Origin: an uncultured Nitrosomonadaceae bacterium | Lineage (GTDB): Bacteria; Chloroflexota; Anaerolineae; Anaerolineales; UBA11858 | Length of the DNA: 58,825 bases | Assembly (NCBI GenBank): GCA_964195965.1 | Contig: CAXMRF010000004.1 | Coordinates: 1-58,825 of the forward strand | Direction of reading: 5' to 3' | Part shown: positions 36,258 through 46,315 of the stretch, in pieces | Layout of the letters: every line of letters begins with the position of its first letter | How positions within the stretch are numbered: the stretch's first letter is position 1 | Made by a program: the position numbers and the translations under genes | The notes under the pieces: model-generated | Databases searched by the model: none | Seen by the model: only the letters and a program-made list of their open reading frames with translations | Told to the model about the DNA's origin: nothing

Positions 36258-37382
36258 ATGACTGGAAATGTATACCAAAAACGCCAGATAAAATTACAAT
36301 CTCTCCTCAAAGAACAAAATCTTCAAGCCGTTGGCTTGAATCCAGGTCCAAATCTGTCTTATTTAACGGGACTTGATTTTCATCTCATGGAACGACCTGT
36401 TATGGTGATCTTTCCTGAAAAGGGTTCGCCAGTAATGATTCTTCCAGAATTGGAAAGCGCAAAAATTTCTGGACTTCCCTACCAAGTTAAATCTTTTTTA
36501 TTTAATGAAGACCCATCCACATGGTCCGGGGTATTCCAGACTGCACTCCTGGAAGCCGGTGTTTCTTCGGGCAAATTGGGAGTGATCCCCCGCAGATTGA
36601 GGATGTTGGAAATTGATTTCTTACAAGAAGGCTCCCCAGAGCTGCAGCTTGTATCCGCTCAACCCATTTTGACACAAATGAGAACGATTAAAGGAGAAGC
36701 TGAAATTTCCCACATGCAGGAAGCTGCCCGTATTGCAGAGTGCGCGCTGGAAGCTACTCTTAGAGCCATCAAACCCGGCGTGACTGAAAAAGAAATTGCT
36801 TCCCAATTAGTTAGCTGGCTGCTGCAGCAGGGATCTGATCCTGAACTGCCTTTTTTTCCCATTGTGTCCTTTGGTGAAAACGCTGCCAACCCGCACGCAA
36901 CGCCAACGGATCGCTTTCTCAAAAATGGTGATTTGATACTGATCGATTGGGGGGCCAGTTTTAAAGGATATTTTTCCGATATCACACGTGTATTCTCAAT
37001 GGGAGATCTGCAACCCGAACTGGAGGAAGTTGGAAAATTTGTTAAGCAAGCCAATCAAGCTGGCCATGCTGCAGTAAAACCGGGAGTTCTGGCCAGTGAG
37101 GTTGATCAAGCTGTTCGCCAGGTAATCGTAGATGCTGGCTATGGTGAGTATTTTATCCATCGAACCGGACATGGTTTGGGCCTGGAAGCCCACGAGGAAC
37201 CCTATATCAGCTCGTTTGACCAGACAATCCTCAAACCCGGTATGACCTTCACCATCGAACCAGGTGTTTACCTGCCAAACCGGGGCGGCGTCCGAATCGA
37301 AGATGATCTGCTTGTTACCGAAAACGGAGGCCTCTCATTAACCCAGCTTCCCAGGAATTTAATCCAGTTAATGGAAGAATAA
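36258..37382 (+). CDS. M24-family Xaa-Pro peptidase
   Basis: Metal-ligand context DWGASFKGYFSDITR, HRTGHGLGLEAHE, TIEPG and RIED. ATG 36258 with a GGAG SD is preferred over TTG 36216. Confidence 0.85.
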   Translation: MTGNVYQKRQIKLQSLLKEQNLQAVGLNPGPNLSYLTGLDFHLMERPVMVIFPEKGSPVMILPELESAKISGLPYQVKSFLFNEDPSTWSGVFQTALLEAGVSSGKLGVIPRRLRMLEIDFLQEGSPELQLVSAQPILTQMRTIKGEAEISHMQEAARIAECALEATLRAIKPGVTEKEIASQLVSWLLQQGSDPELPFFPIVSFGENAANPHATPTDRFLKNGDLILIDWGASFKGYFSDITRVFSMGDLQPELEEVGKFVKQANQAGHAAVKPGVLASEVDQAVRQVIVDAGYGEYFIHRTGHGLGLEAHEEPYISSFDQTILKPGMTFTIEPGVYLPNRGGVRIEDDLLVTENGGLSLTQLPRNLIQLMEE

Positions 37383-37432
37383 TGACATGGTCTATCCATT
37401 AAAGAACATCTGCGAGAAATGAAGGGAAACAA

Positions 37433-38188
37433 ATGATCGTAAAAAATGCAGAACCATTTTATTTCCCCGGAAATGATACGGGGTGTTTGTTAATCCATGG
37501 TTTTACAGGAGCACCCACAGAAATGCGGCCGCTCGGTGAATTTCTAGCCGGGTTCGGCTACAGCGTGTTGGGAATCCGATTGTCTGGCCACGGTACCGAC
37601 CTCACTGATTTGAACCGTATGTTATGGAAAGATTGGTCTGCATCCGTCCTGGATGGTTGGCATTTACTACAATCCACCACAAAAAATATATTTTTGATAG
37701 GTTTGTCCATGGGCGGGGCATTGGCGCTTTATCATGCCTCATTTTTACCCATAACAGGAGTGGTGGGACTATCGTCTCCTTACCAGATCGAACCTAAACC
37801 CCAACTCGCGATGCTGCGGTTGTTTTCCTGGTTGAAACCTTATGTTGCCAAGGGAAAATCAGACTGGCAGGATCCTGATGCGGTGGAAGATCACTTCTCT
37901 TATGCCCAGTATCCAAGTAAGGCGATTCTGCAGCTCGATCAATTACTTGGAGAGTTGAGGTCTGCCCTTCCCAAAGTAACTGCCCCGGCATTATTAATCC
38001 ACGCCAAAAAAGACACCGGCGTATTACCAAAAAACATGGATCTTATTTATAATGCTCTTGGCACACCAGATAGCATGAAGTCCAAAATTTGGCTTGAAAA
38101 CAGCGGCCACGTTGTTACCAGGGATCTGGACAAGGAAATCGTATTTAAGAACACCCAATCATTTATTCAGCAAACGCTGTCATCATAA
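37433..38188 (+). CDS. Carboxylesterase / alpha/beta hydrolase
   Basis: HGFTG oxyanion motif, GLSMGG nucleophile elbow, and C-terminal SGHV. Confidence 0.8.
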   Translation: MIVKNAEPFYFPGNDTGCLLIHGFTGAPTEMRPLGEFLAGFGYSVLGIRLSGHGTDLTDLNRMLWKDWSASVLDGWHLLQSTTKNIFLIGLSMGGALALYHASFLPITGVVGLSSPYQIEPKPQLAMLRLFSWLKPYVAKGKSDWQDPDAVEDHFSYAQYPSKAILQLDQLLGELRSALPKVTAPALLIHAKKDTGVLPKNMDLIYNALGTPDSMKSKIWLENSGHVVTRDLDKEIVFKNTQSFIQQTLSS

Positions 38189-38189
38189 T

Positions 38190-39308
38190 ATGAAAAAAGA
38201 TTATATTTTAGTTACTATCAGCCTGGCCATCTGGGGCGTTGGAGAAGGCGCTTTTATGTATTTCCAACCACTTTACCTGCAGGAGTTAGGGGCCTCTCCA
38301 CTGGTAATTGGCGGCATATTGGGCGCTGTTGGATTAGCGATGACTCTATTCCATATACCCGCAGGCTTCCTGGCAGATCGAATCGGACGCAGGCAATTTA
38401 TGTGGGCAGCCTGGGGGATGGGCATCATCACCACCGGTATTATGGCAGCCGCAAAGAATCTGGCTGTATTTTCAATTGGAATCATTCTCTACTCTGTAAC
38501 AGTTTTTGTAATGGCCCCCCTCAATAGCTACGTCACTGCCGCCAGGCATAAACTAACAGTCGAGCAAGCTTTGACCACAACTTCAGCAGCCTTTTTTCTG
38601 GGTGGGATTGCCGGACCATTAATTGGAGGTTACCTGGCAGATCACCTGGGTATCCGGTCAATTTATTTTTTTTCATTTGTTACATTTATAATCTCCACTC
38701 TGATCATCCTGTTTATCAAACCACAACCCACCGAAACTCGGCTCAAATCTACAGCTGGAGATTTATTTAAGAACAGGAAATTCGTATTTTTCTTGCCAGT
38801 TATGTTCCTGGTGTATTTTGCCCTTTTTTTTCCGCAGCCCCTCGCTCCAAATTTTCTAAAAAACGAGCGGTTAATTTCTTTGCAAACCATTGGTATCCTG
38901 GGCTCAGTTACTAATTTGGGCAATGTGCTTCTGAACTTGAGTTTTGGACTGCTTCCTGCCAAAATAGGATTGATTGTGGGCCAGGTCTTTGTAGGCATAT
39001 TTGCTGTTTTGGTGTGGCAATTCACACAAATGCCTATTCTTGTTGCAGCATATTTTCTATTGGGCGGTTACAGGGCAACTCGTTCCTTGTTAGTTGCCCA
39101 GGTGGAAAAACTTGTTCAACCCGCCAATCTAGGTTTAGCTTACGGAATAGCTGAAACCGTAGCCGGGCTCTCCTTAGTCGCTGCCCCTCCTATCGCGGGC
39201 TTACTATACGCAAAACAGCCTACAGCTATCTTCAGCATTACCCTATTATTAATTATTCCAGCCCTATTCTTTACTATTCTTTGGAGGAAAATTCCATGGA
39301 AATCCTGA
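38190..39308 (+). CDS. MFS transporter
   Basis: 12-TM-like hydrophobic profile with LADRIGRR loop motifs. ATG 38190 sits 1 nt after the upstream stop and is preferred over 38094, which overlaps the esterase. Confidence 0.8.
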   Translation: MKKDYILVTISLAIWGVGEGAFMYFQPLYLQELGASPLVIGGILGAVGLAMTLFHIPAGFLADRIGRRQFMWAAWGMGIITTGIMAAAKNLAVFSIGIILYSVTVFVMAPLNSYVTAARHKLTVEQALTTTSAAFFLGGIAGPLIGGYLADHLGIRSIYFFSFVTFIISTLIILFIKPQPTETRLKSTAGDLFKNRKFVFFLPVMFLVYFALFFPQPLAPNFLKNERLISLQTIGILGSVTNLGNVLLNLSFGLLPAKIGLIVGQVFVGIFAVLVWQFTQMPILVAAYFLLGGYRATRSLLVAQVEKLVQPANLGLAYGIAETVAGLSLVAAPPIAGLLYAKQPTAIFSITLLLIIPALFFTILWRKIPWKS

Positions 39309-39409
39309 CTCAATTATTTCTACCCCTATGAATTTGGTTTCAAAGTTTCCCAAACTGGTTCACAACAATTTTTCAAGGCATTACTTTCCTGGGAGAAACA
39401 GAATTCTAT

Positions 39410-40270
39410 TTGATAATCATGCCAGCGCTCTTCTGGTGCATTGATACTACCCTGGGCATGCGAATTGGAATTATGCTGTTAGTCAGCGGAGGATTTAACA
39501 GCCTCCTGAAATTCAGTTTCCAATGGCCGCGTCCTTTCTGGGTAACTTCAAAAGTAAATAACCTTGTTGAAGCGACAGGTTTTGGCTTCCCCTCTGGACA
39601 TGCCCAAAACGCGGCTGGAATTTGGGGACTTCTGGCTGTTTCCACATCAAGGAATTGGATTAAATGGACAGCAATAAGTGCCATACCTTTAATCGGGATC
39701 TCGAGAATAATACTGGGTGTTCATTTCACCCATGATGTTCTGGCAGGTTGGATTGTCGGCGCCTTACTGCTACTGGCTTTCCTCAAATTGGAAAAACCAA
39801 TTACAAACTGGTTCAAGAACAATAACCTGGTATGGCAGATTGTAGCGCTTGTTCTTATTACAAGCTTATTTATCCTGCCAGCTCTTCTACTCGTCCCCCC
39901 ATTTAATCCACCCGTTATCCCACAAAGCTGGATCGAGGGAGCCGGAGAAATGATCAACCCTTATCATTATGACAGCCTGCTCACCACAGCTGGATCCTTC
40001 CTGGGTTTAGGATTGGGTATCCTTTTACTTTATCAGACCGGAATGTACTCCGCGAAAGGAAAACTCTGGCAGCGGATTATTCGCTACCCTGTAGGTATCA
40101 TCGGTGTACTTGTTTTATATCTGGGATTGGGATCCATTTTTCCTGATGACATTTCCTTGGCCTCATACTCGTTGCGGTTCTTACGCTATTTCCTGATCGG
40201 TTTGTGGATCTCATTTGGCGCTCCCAGAGTTTTTGCCTGGTTTAAATTGACAGATAATAACCCATCCTAA
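39410..40270 (+). CDS. PAP2-family phosphatase (N-terminal boundary unresolved, see findings)
   Basis: KFSFQWPRP, PSGH and SRIILGVHFTHD motifs. The frame stays conserved-looking upstream to 39332. It is interrupted by TGA 39329..39331 after an ATG at 39296. Confidence 0.75.
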   Translation: MIIMPALFWCIDTTLGMRIGIMLLVSGGFNSLLKFSFQWPRPFWVTSKVNNLVEATGFGFPSGHAQNAAGIWGLLAVSTSRNWIKWTAISAIPLIGISRIILGVHFTHDVLAGWIVGALLLLAFLKLEKPITNWFKNNNLVWQIVALVLITSLFILPALLLVPPFNPPVIPQSWIEGAGEMINPYHYDSLLTTAGSFLGLGLGILLLYQTGMYSAKGKLWQRIIRYPVGIIGVLVLYLGLGSIFPDDISLASYSLRFLRYFLIGLWISFGAPRVFAWFKLTDNNPS

Positions 40271-40294
40271 CGAATTAAGTAATTTATTAAACAT

Positions 40295-40329
40295 AAAACC
40301 TCTGCGTTTTCAAACCGCAGAGGTTTTTG
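40295..40329. terminator. Bidirectional terminator between convergent genes
   Basis: Perfect 12-bp stem aaaacctctgcg / cgcagaggtttt with a 9-nt loop. Confidence 0.65.
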
Positions 40330-40350
40330 TTACTGGTTTTATCAAAAATT

Positions 40351-42408
40351 CTATTCTTCTTCTTTGACGTTTTTAGCAATAATTTCTTCAGCAATATGAG
40401 CAGGAAGCTGCTGATAATGGGAAAACTCCATTTCAAATACTCCCCGTCCACCGGTCATCGATCGCAGATCTGTGGTATAGCGCTGCATCTCGGCTAAAGG
40501 TACCTGAGCAGAAACCACTGAACGACCACCATTGGTATCCATGCCCTGCACCCGGGCCCGCCTGGTATTGAAATCACCCAGGATATCACCCATATTTTCT
40601 TCCGGTACAGTTACCTTGGCCTCCACAATCGGCTCTAATAAAACACCGCCTGCTTCCCTAAAGGCCATTTTGAAGACCTGTCGGGCGCAAATTTCAAAAG
40701 CCACCGGTTTGGAATCTACGGCATGTTCTTTACCATCATAAACAGCGACTTTCACATTCACCACTGGATAACCAGCCAGAACGCCTTCTTCCATAACGGT
40801 TTTGACACCTTTCTCAATAGCCGGCATGTAATTTTTGGAAATTGACCCGCCGAAGACCTCATTTTTAAATTCAAATCTCTCATCGGGTAGAGGATCCAAG
40901 CGCATATGCACTTCGGCAAACTGTCCCGATCCACCAGATTGTTTCTTATGGCGATATTGGGCAGAACCTGTTTTTCTGATCGTTTCCTGAAACGGCACCT
41001 TGGGAATCTGGATATTAATTTCAGTTTGGAAAATATCCTTGGCCTTGCGGATGGCTACATCAATGTGCTGTCCGCCCATGCCTTCCAAAATTGTTTCTTT
41101 GGTAGTTGTATCCTGCTTCCAGGACAGGGTCATATCTTCTTCACACAACCGACTTAATGTCGGGGTGAGTTTAGCAGAGTCAGCCTGGGTAACCGGAATT
41201 ACTGCCACCGGGTAAAGAGCTTTAGGATACATTGGAACAGGCAGCTTAAGGGGGTGGCCTTCATCGCCAAGGGTGTGTCCTGTGGATGTCACATTCAATT
41301 TCGGCACCGCTACAATATCACCGGCGTGCACATTTTTAATGTCTTCCTGATGTTTACCTCTCATCACAGAGATATTTCCGAAACGTTCTTCTTCACCTTC
41401 TTGATTATTCCAAACTTTGCTATCAGAACTTACCGTGCCGGAATAGACCCGGAAATAAGTGATCTTGCCAACATATGGATCAGCAGTGGTTTTCCAAACA
41501 TAACCTGCAAATGGTCCTGCGTCAGTTGCAGCAAGATCTTCATCACCTTTTGCGCCTTCCGCAGTTACCGGAGGAACTTCATCTGGTGCAGGCATTAATT
41601 TAATAATTGAATTTAACAACGGAGCCATACCTATCCCTGCGGTTCCTGAACTCACCATCACTGGAGCAAAGGAACGGGCCATCACGGCATTCTTCAATCC
41701 GCTGAAAATTTCATCCTCGGACAAAGTTTCACCTTCGAGGTATTTCATCAACAAATCATCATTACCTTCTGCAGCTGCTTCAATGATTTCCATGCGAAGT
41801 TCGTCTACCTGGTCCTGGTACTCTGCTGGGATGTCTGCTGTTTCTTTGCCATCTCCCAGATAGACTTTGTTATCCAAAATATCAATAACACCACTAAATT
41901 CGGCTTTTTCTCCCAATGGAAGCTGGAGAGGAAGCAAGCGCATAGATGTCATTGAACGAACTGATTCCAACGCTCTCTGGAAATTGGCATTGTCGCGATC
42001 CATCATGTTGATGATCACAAATCGAGGCAAATTATAATCATCTGCAATATCCCAGGCCAATTCAGTTCCAACTTCAGCACCGGCCACAGAGTCAACAGGA
42101 ATTATTACACCATCCACAACGCGCAAGGAGGAAATAACCTCCCCTACAAAATCGGTGTATCCCGGAGTGTCCAATAAATTAATTTTATAATTTTGGTACT
42201 CAACCGGCAAGACTGAAGTGGAAATGGAAATACCGCGCCTTTGTTCCTCATCCTGGAAATCGGAAGCTGTTGTTCCAGCATTGATTTCACCAAGCCGGGT
42301 AATTGATCCAGAAAAATATAATAACGACTCAGCCAGCATTGTTTTTCCGGATCCACTATGGGATGCCAAAGCGATATTGCGAATGTTTTGGGTTGAATAT
42401 TCTTTCAT
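40351..42408 (-). CDS. Elongation factor G paralogue (stand-alone, non-canonical G1 motif)
   Basis: 685 aa. SHSGSGKT in place of AHIDAGKT, DTPGYTDF, and EF-G domain order through the C-terminus. ATG 42408 with an AGGAAGG SD is preferred. Confidence 0.85.
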   Translation of the reverse strand: MKEYSTQNIRNIALASHSGSGKTMLAESLLYFSGSITRLGEINAGTTASDFQDEEQRRGISISTSVLPVEYQNYKINLLDTPGYTDFVGEVISSLRVVDGVIIPVDSVAGAEVGTELAWDIADDYNLPRFVIINMMDRDNANFQRALESVRSMTSMRLLPLQLPLGEKAEFSGVIDILDNKVYLGDGKETADIPAEYQDQVDELRMEIIEAAAEGNDDLLMKYLEGETLSEDEIFSGLKNAVMARSFAPVMVSSGTAGIGMAPLLNSIIKLMPAPDEVPPVTAEGAKGDEDLAATDAGPFAGYVWKTTADPYVGKITYFRVYSGTVSSDSKVWNNQEGEEERFGNISVMRGKHQEDIKNVHAGDIVAVPKLNVTSTGHTLGDEGHPLKLPVPMYPKALYPVAVIPVTQADSAKLTPTLSRLCEEDMTLSWKQDTTTKETILEGMGGQHIDVAIRKAKDIFQTEINIQIPKVPFQETIRKTGSAQYRHKKQSGGSGQFAEVHMRLDPLPDERFEFKNEVFGGSISKNYMPAIEKGVKTVMEEGVLAGYPVVNVKVAVYDGKEHAVDSKPVAFEICARQVFKMAFREAGGVLLEPIVEAKVTVPEENMGDILGDFNTRRARVQGMDTNGGRSVVSAQVPLAEMQRYTTDLRSMTGGRGVFEMEFSHYQQLPAHIAEEIIAKNVKEEE

Positions 42409-42646
42409 TGAGTAAACCTTCCTAAGAAAATAAGAATGCTTGTCGAATCCTGCTCTTTGCAACGGGTGATTCTGTTTTATACTTGTAGTTCATTACAGTC
42501 CAGTCTTTTATCGACTACACGATTTTATGACATGATAGCGTCCTTGTCAAAGCAAAACAGGGTGATTTTTGTTCTGAATTCCAATCCATGATATTAAACG
42601 TTTTCCACTTCTTCCATTTAATATTAATATTCTCTCATTTTCGACT

Positions 42647-43594
42647 ATGACAACACTGACAATTAAGAATCTAATCAAACGAACCACTATTATTCAGGAG
42701 ATGATGACATTATCTCTGATCCAGGCAGCCAGTCGTTCCCAGGAAACCTTCCAGGTTTATCTTAATGACCTCAAAACGAACCTGTTTGAATCTGCAAATT
42801 CAATAGATAGAATTCTTCAGGATCGGGAAAAATCACCTGCCGATTTGTCTATCCGTTCCCGCCGAGCTTATCAATGGATTAAACATTTATCAAATGATGT
42901 TAACCTTAGAGAACACCTGGATGCGCTCCAACGAATAAACCTTTTTCTTCCCCAGATAAAAAAACCCGGCCTCTTTAAAAAACACAGAGTAGATTTTGTT
43001 TTTTTTCACCTGGGTTCCCTTTACAAAATACAAAGGAAGAATTCATCGCTGGAAATCACTGCCCAGGAGTGTTTTATCACAGCGCCTGACAATGTATTGA
43101 TAGCTTTATTAAAAGTCGCTCTGGAAAAAAAAGATTCAAACTCACTTCAGGACATCAGAAATTACACTTTTTCTCCAACGTATCAAGCTGCCAGGGAATC
43201 TCTGGAATATCTGGATATTCCCCCTGATAGTTATGCAGTGGGCAGCGAGTTTAACCTGTTGGACAGTTATTCCCGGGTCAATGAAATCTACTTTCAGGGA
43301 GATCTGGACAAACCTCACCTGGTCTGGAGTAATCGTTTGACCTTTAGGAAATTTGGGCATTATCAATGGGATACAAACACGGTGATGATCAGCCGTACAC
43401 TAGATCAACCCCGGATGCCAGCATATGTATTGGACTATGTGATGTTTCATGAACTGCTTCATAAAAAAATGGGTTTGAAGTTAGTTAATCAACACCGCTT
43501 CGCCCACACCCATGCATTTCGAGTTGAAGAGAGAAAATTCAAGCAGTTTAAAGAAGCCCAGCAAAAATTAAATAAGATAACAAAAAAAGCCTGA
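42647..43594 (+). CDS. Hypothetical protein with a C-terminal SprT-like HExxH metalloprotease motif
   Basis: The C-terminal 100 aa, YFQGDLDKPHLVWSNRLTFRKFGHYQWDTNTVMISRTL...YVMFHELLHKK, resembles SprT-like domains. I did not recognise the N-terminal 200 aa. Confidence 0.5.
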   Translation: MTTLTIKNLIKRTTIIQEMMTLSLIQAASRSQETFQVYLNDLKTNLFESANSIDRILQDREKSPADLSIRSRRAYQWIKHLSNDVNLREHLDALQRINLFLPQIKKPGLFKKHRVDFVFFHLGSLYKIQRKNSSLEITAQECFITAPDNVLIALLKVALEKKDSNSLQDIRNYTFSPTYQAARESLEYLDIPPDSYAVGSEFNLLDSYSRVNEIYFQGDLDKPHLVWSNRLTFRKFGHYQWDTNTVMISRTLDQPRMPAYVLDYVMFHELLHKKMGLKLVNQHRFAHTHAFRVEERKFKQFKEAQQKLNKITKKA

Positions 43595-43623
43595 CCCATA
43601 AAGTCTGCAGGGTCAGGCTTTTA
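43584..43623. terminator. Bidirectional terminator between convergent genes
   Basis: 12-bp stem aaagcctgaccc / gggtcaggcttt with a 12-nt loop. The stem contains the stop codon of the + gene. Confidence 0.6.
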
Positions 43624-43646
43624 ACTTCCTTCCTGGAGCAGCTTCC

Positions 43647-45332
43647 CTAACCCCCGGCTTCTTCCTTGTGTACCCTGACCAATTCCCTTCTCAACAATTT
43701 TCCAACATGAGTTTTTGGTAATTCATCTCTAAATTCAATTTCCGTTGGAATTTTATATCTTGCCAGATGATCAGCGCACCAGGTTTTCAGTTCAGCATGG
43801 TCCAGGCTGAAACCTTCGTTTAATACAATCCAGGCTTTTACCGTTTCTCCGCGTTTGGGATCCATAACACCGGCTACTCCTACATCCTGGATGGCAGGAT
43901 GATCCTGAAGAACCTCTTCTACTTCTCGCGGCCAAACCTGGAATCCACCCGGTTTAATGAGTTCCTTTTTCCGGTCGACAATATAGAAATATCCCTCATC
44001 ATCCATCCGGGCAATATCCCCGGTGTAGAGCCAACCGTCCCGGAGCGAATTGCGTGTTTCAGTTGGCATATTATGATATCCCTTAAAAACCTGGGGGGCT
44101 TTGATAATTAATTCGCCAATTTCACCAGCTGGCAGCACAGTAACCTCATCATCCAGATCTATAATCTTGGCGTCAACATCCGGGAAGGGCAGCCCAATCG
44201 ATCCTGTTTTGTTTTTACCTAAGTTAGGATTACAATGAGTCGCGGTGGGCGTTTCAGACAAGCCATATCCCTCAAAAAGAGCACCACCGGTTAACTTTTC
44301 AAAAGTCTCTTTTGTTTCCCGTAATAATGCCGCGGATCCTGAAATACAAGCTTTTATAGCGCTGAGGTCATACTTCCCCGCTTTCACATCAGCATTATTA
44401 TTGATGGCATTATATAGTGCTGGAACAGCCGGGAAGATAGTGGTCTTGTATTTTTGCATATTTCCGAGCAGATCCTTCAGATCCCGCGGATCCGGGACCA
44501 TTACCAGGCTTGCGCCGGCAGCCAGTCCATAATTCATTCCAGCCACCATGCCATACACATGATAGAGGGGAATAGCCATCATTACCACCTCTTCTCCCAT
44601 CACACTGGTTCTAATCCAGCTCAACATTTGAATCGTATTAGCAACCAGGTTGCGATGCAGTCCGATGGCAGCTTTGGGTATACCTGTTGTACCGCCGCTG
44701 TATTGGAAAATAGCCGTGTCATCAGGTCCAATATCGACCTGGGGGGATTGATGACCTGCAAACTTTTGAATTAGATCCTGCATCCAGATATCATTATCTC
44801 TCAAACTCACCCGGAAGCCGCCTTTCTTTTCCTTGGCAAGAGTAAATAAGATCCCCAATAAGGGAGGCAGAGTTTCTTTAATATTTGTACAGATTATTTG
44901 TTTTATTTTTGTTTCCCCTTGAATACTTTTTACCAGCTCATAATAATTGCTCATCAATATCATCAGTTCCATTCCAGAATCATTGGCCTGATGTTTGATC
45001 TCTCTGCCTGTATATTGAGGATTGGTTGCTACCACCACCCCACCGGCCTTGAGTACAGCAAAATATGCCATAACAAATTGAGGTGTATTGGGAATCAAAA
45101 TCCCAACTCGATCTCCTTTCTTTACTCCCAAATCCACCAATGCGGCAGCCAATTCATTTGTGATCTGGCTCATCTCCCGGTAAGAAATCTCAGCCCCTTT
45201 AAAGATCGTACAGGGCTTCTCGGGATATTTTTTTGCTGAATCTTCTAGAAATTGGAAAATGGGGACTGCAGGGTACGAGAGACTGGTAGGAATACCTTCA
45301 TCGTAATAATCATGCCAGGGTCGGTGCTCCAT
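43647..45332 (-). CDS. fadD: Long-chain fatty acid-CoA ligase (AMP-binding enzyme)
   Basis: YSGGTTGIPKAA AMP motif, GYGLSET, and YTGDIARMDDEGYFYIVDRKK. Confidence 0.85.
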   Translation of the reverse strand: MEHRPWHDYYDEGIPTSLSYPAVPIFQFLEDSAKKYPEKPCTIFKGAEISYREMSQITNELAAALVDLGVKKGDRVGILIPNTPQFVMAYFAVLKAGGVVVATNPQYTGREIKHQANDSGMELMILMSNYYELVKSIQGETKIKQIICTNIKETLPPLLGILFTLAKEKKGGFRVSLRDNDIWMQDLIQKFAGHQSPQVDIGPDDTAIFQYSGGTTGIPKAAIGLHRNLVANTIQMLSWIRTSVMGEEVVMMAIPLYHVYGMVAGMNYGLAAGASLVMVPDPRDLKDLLGNMQKYKTTIFPAVPALYNAINNNADVKAGKYDLSAIKACISGSAALLRETKETFEKLTGGALFEGYGLSETPTATHCNPNLGKNKTGSIGLPFPDVDAKIIDLDDEVTVLPAGEIGELIIKAPQVFKGYHNMPTETRNSLRDGWLYTGDIARMDDEGYFYIVDRKKELIKPGGFQVWPREVEEVLQDHPAIQDVGVAGVMDPKRGETVKAWIVLNEGFSLDHAELKTWCADHLARYKIPTEIEFRDELPKTHVGKLLRRELVRVHKEEAGG

Positions 45333-45388
45333 CGGATAACTCCTCCTTAGACAAGGTTATTGATTGGCTATCTATCAGTATAACAAAT

Positions 45389-46315
45389 TTAGGACAAAAA
45401 TTGTTGAATCTCTAGTGTAATTTGGTCAAGAGGATTTTCTGAAGCAGAAAACCATTTTATTTCCGGATCGTCTTGCCGGAACCAATTTGCCTGTTGTCGA
45501 ATATATTTCCTGGTTTTACTCTTAATCTGGCGGACAGCTTCTTCTAATGTGTTTTGTCCAGCTATATATTCGGCAATTTGTTTGTATCCTATAGCGGACA
45601 TTGAAGATGATTCGGGTTTATAACCAGACTTTAATAAAGACTGAACCTCTGCTACCAACCCTGCCTCAAGCATTTGGTCAACCCGACAGTCAACTCGTTT
45701 ATAAAGTTCATCTCGGGGTCGGATTAATCCAATTTGCAGAACCTTGAATAGTGCTCCCGATTTGTTTTTTTGCTCGGAGAATTTATGACCAGAGGATAAT
45801 ATAACTTCCAGGGCCCGGACAATTCTGCGCAAATTGGGACCATCAATCCCGGAGGCTGCTTCTGGGTCAAGTACCGCCAATCTAGCGCGCATTCCCTCTG
45901 CTCCGATCTCTTCGGCCCAGAGGTTTAATGCACCTCGAAGATTAGCATCCGGTCTGGTTTTTGGCAAATCCCATCCCTGAATTACCGCCTGAATATATTG
46001 ACCGGTTCCTCCCACAAGGAATGGAAGGCGTCCTCTTTCTTGAATATCTTGAATTAACGCATACGCGCTGGGTAAATACAGGGCCAAACTCCACTCTTGA
46101 TCCGGCAATGCCACATCAATTAGATGATGAGGCACCTGGTTAAGCTCGTCTTTTGAAGGTTTCGCAGTCCCGATATCCATGCCGCGATAAAACAAGCGGG
46201 AATCTGCTGAAACAATTTCTCCCTGGAATTGTTTAGCAAGTTGGATGGATATATCTGTTTTCCCGACAGCTGTCGGCCCAAGGATTACAATGAGGGGATT
46301 TTTATTCTGAATCAT
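45389..46315 (-). CDS. miaA: tRNA dimethylallyltransferase
   Basis: GPTAVGKT P-loop, SADSRLFYRGMDIGTAKP, and VGGTGQY. Confidence 0.9.
   Translation of the reverse strand: MIQNKNPLIVILGPTAVGKTDISIQLAKQFQGEIVSADSRLFYRGMDIGTAKPSKDELNQVPHHLIDVALPDQEWSLALYLPSAYALIQDIQERGRLPFLVGGTGQYIQAVIQGWDLPKTRPDANLRGALNLWAEEIGAEGMRARLAVLDPEAASGIDGPNLRRIVRALEVILSSGHKFSEQKNKSGALFKVLQIGLIRPRDELYKRVDCRVDQMLEAGLVAEVQSLLKSGYKPESSSMSAIGYKQIAEYIAGQNTLEEAVRQIKSKTRKYIRQQANWFRQDDPEIKWFSASENPLDQITLEIQQFLS

Noticed and set aside
38094-38189. Upstream start (38094) for the MFS transporter, overlapping the esterase gene by 95 nt
   Set aside because: The translated extension (MKTAATLLPGIWTRKSYLRTPNHLFSKRCHHN) is non-hydrophobic and lies inside the esterase coding frame. 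ATG 38190, directly after the esterase stop, gives a normal MFS N-terminus.
39329-39331. Genome-wide TGA reassignment (code 4 or 25), or selenocysteine at the PAP2 in-frame TGA
   Set aside because: TGA ends several well-supported genes at their expected C-termini: the MFS gene at 39306, FemAB at 22015, PadR at 8513 and the MinD-like gene at 6095. The TGA context is a hydrophobic TM segment with no redox motif. Only a 5-bp hairpin (agttt-ccc-aaact) follows it, which is too small for a bacterial SECIS.
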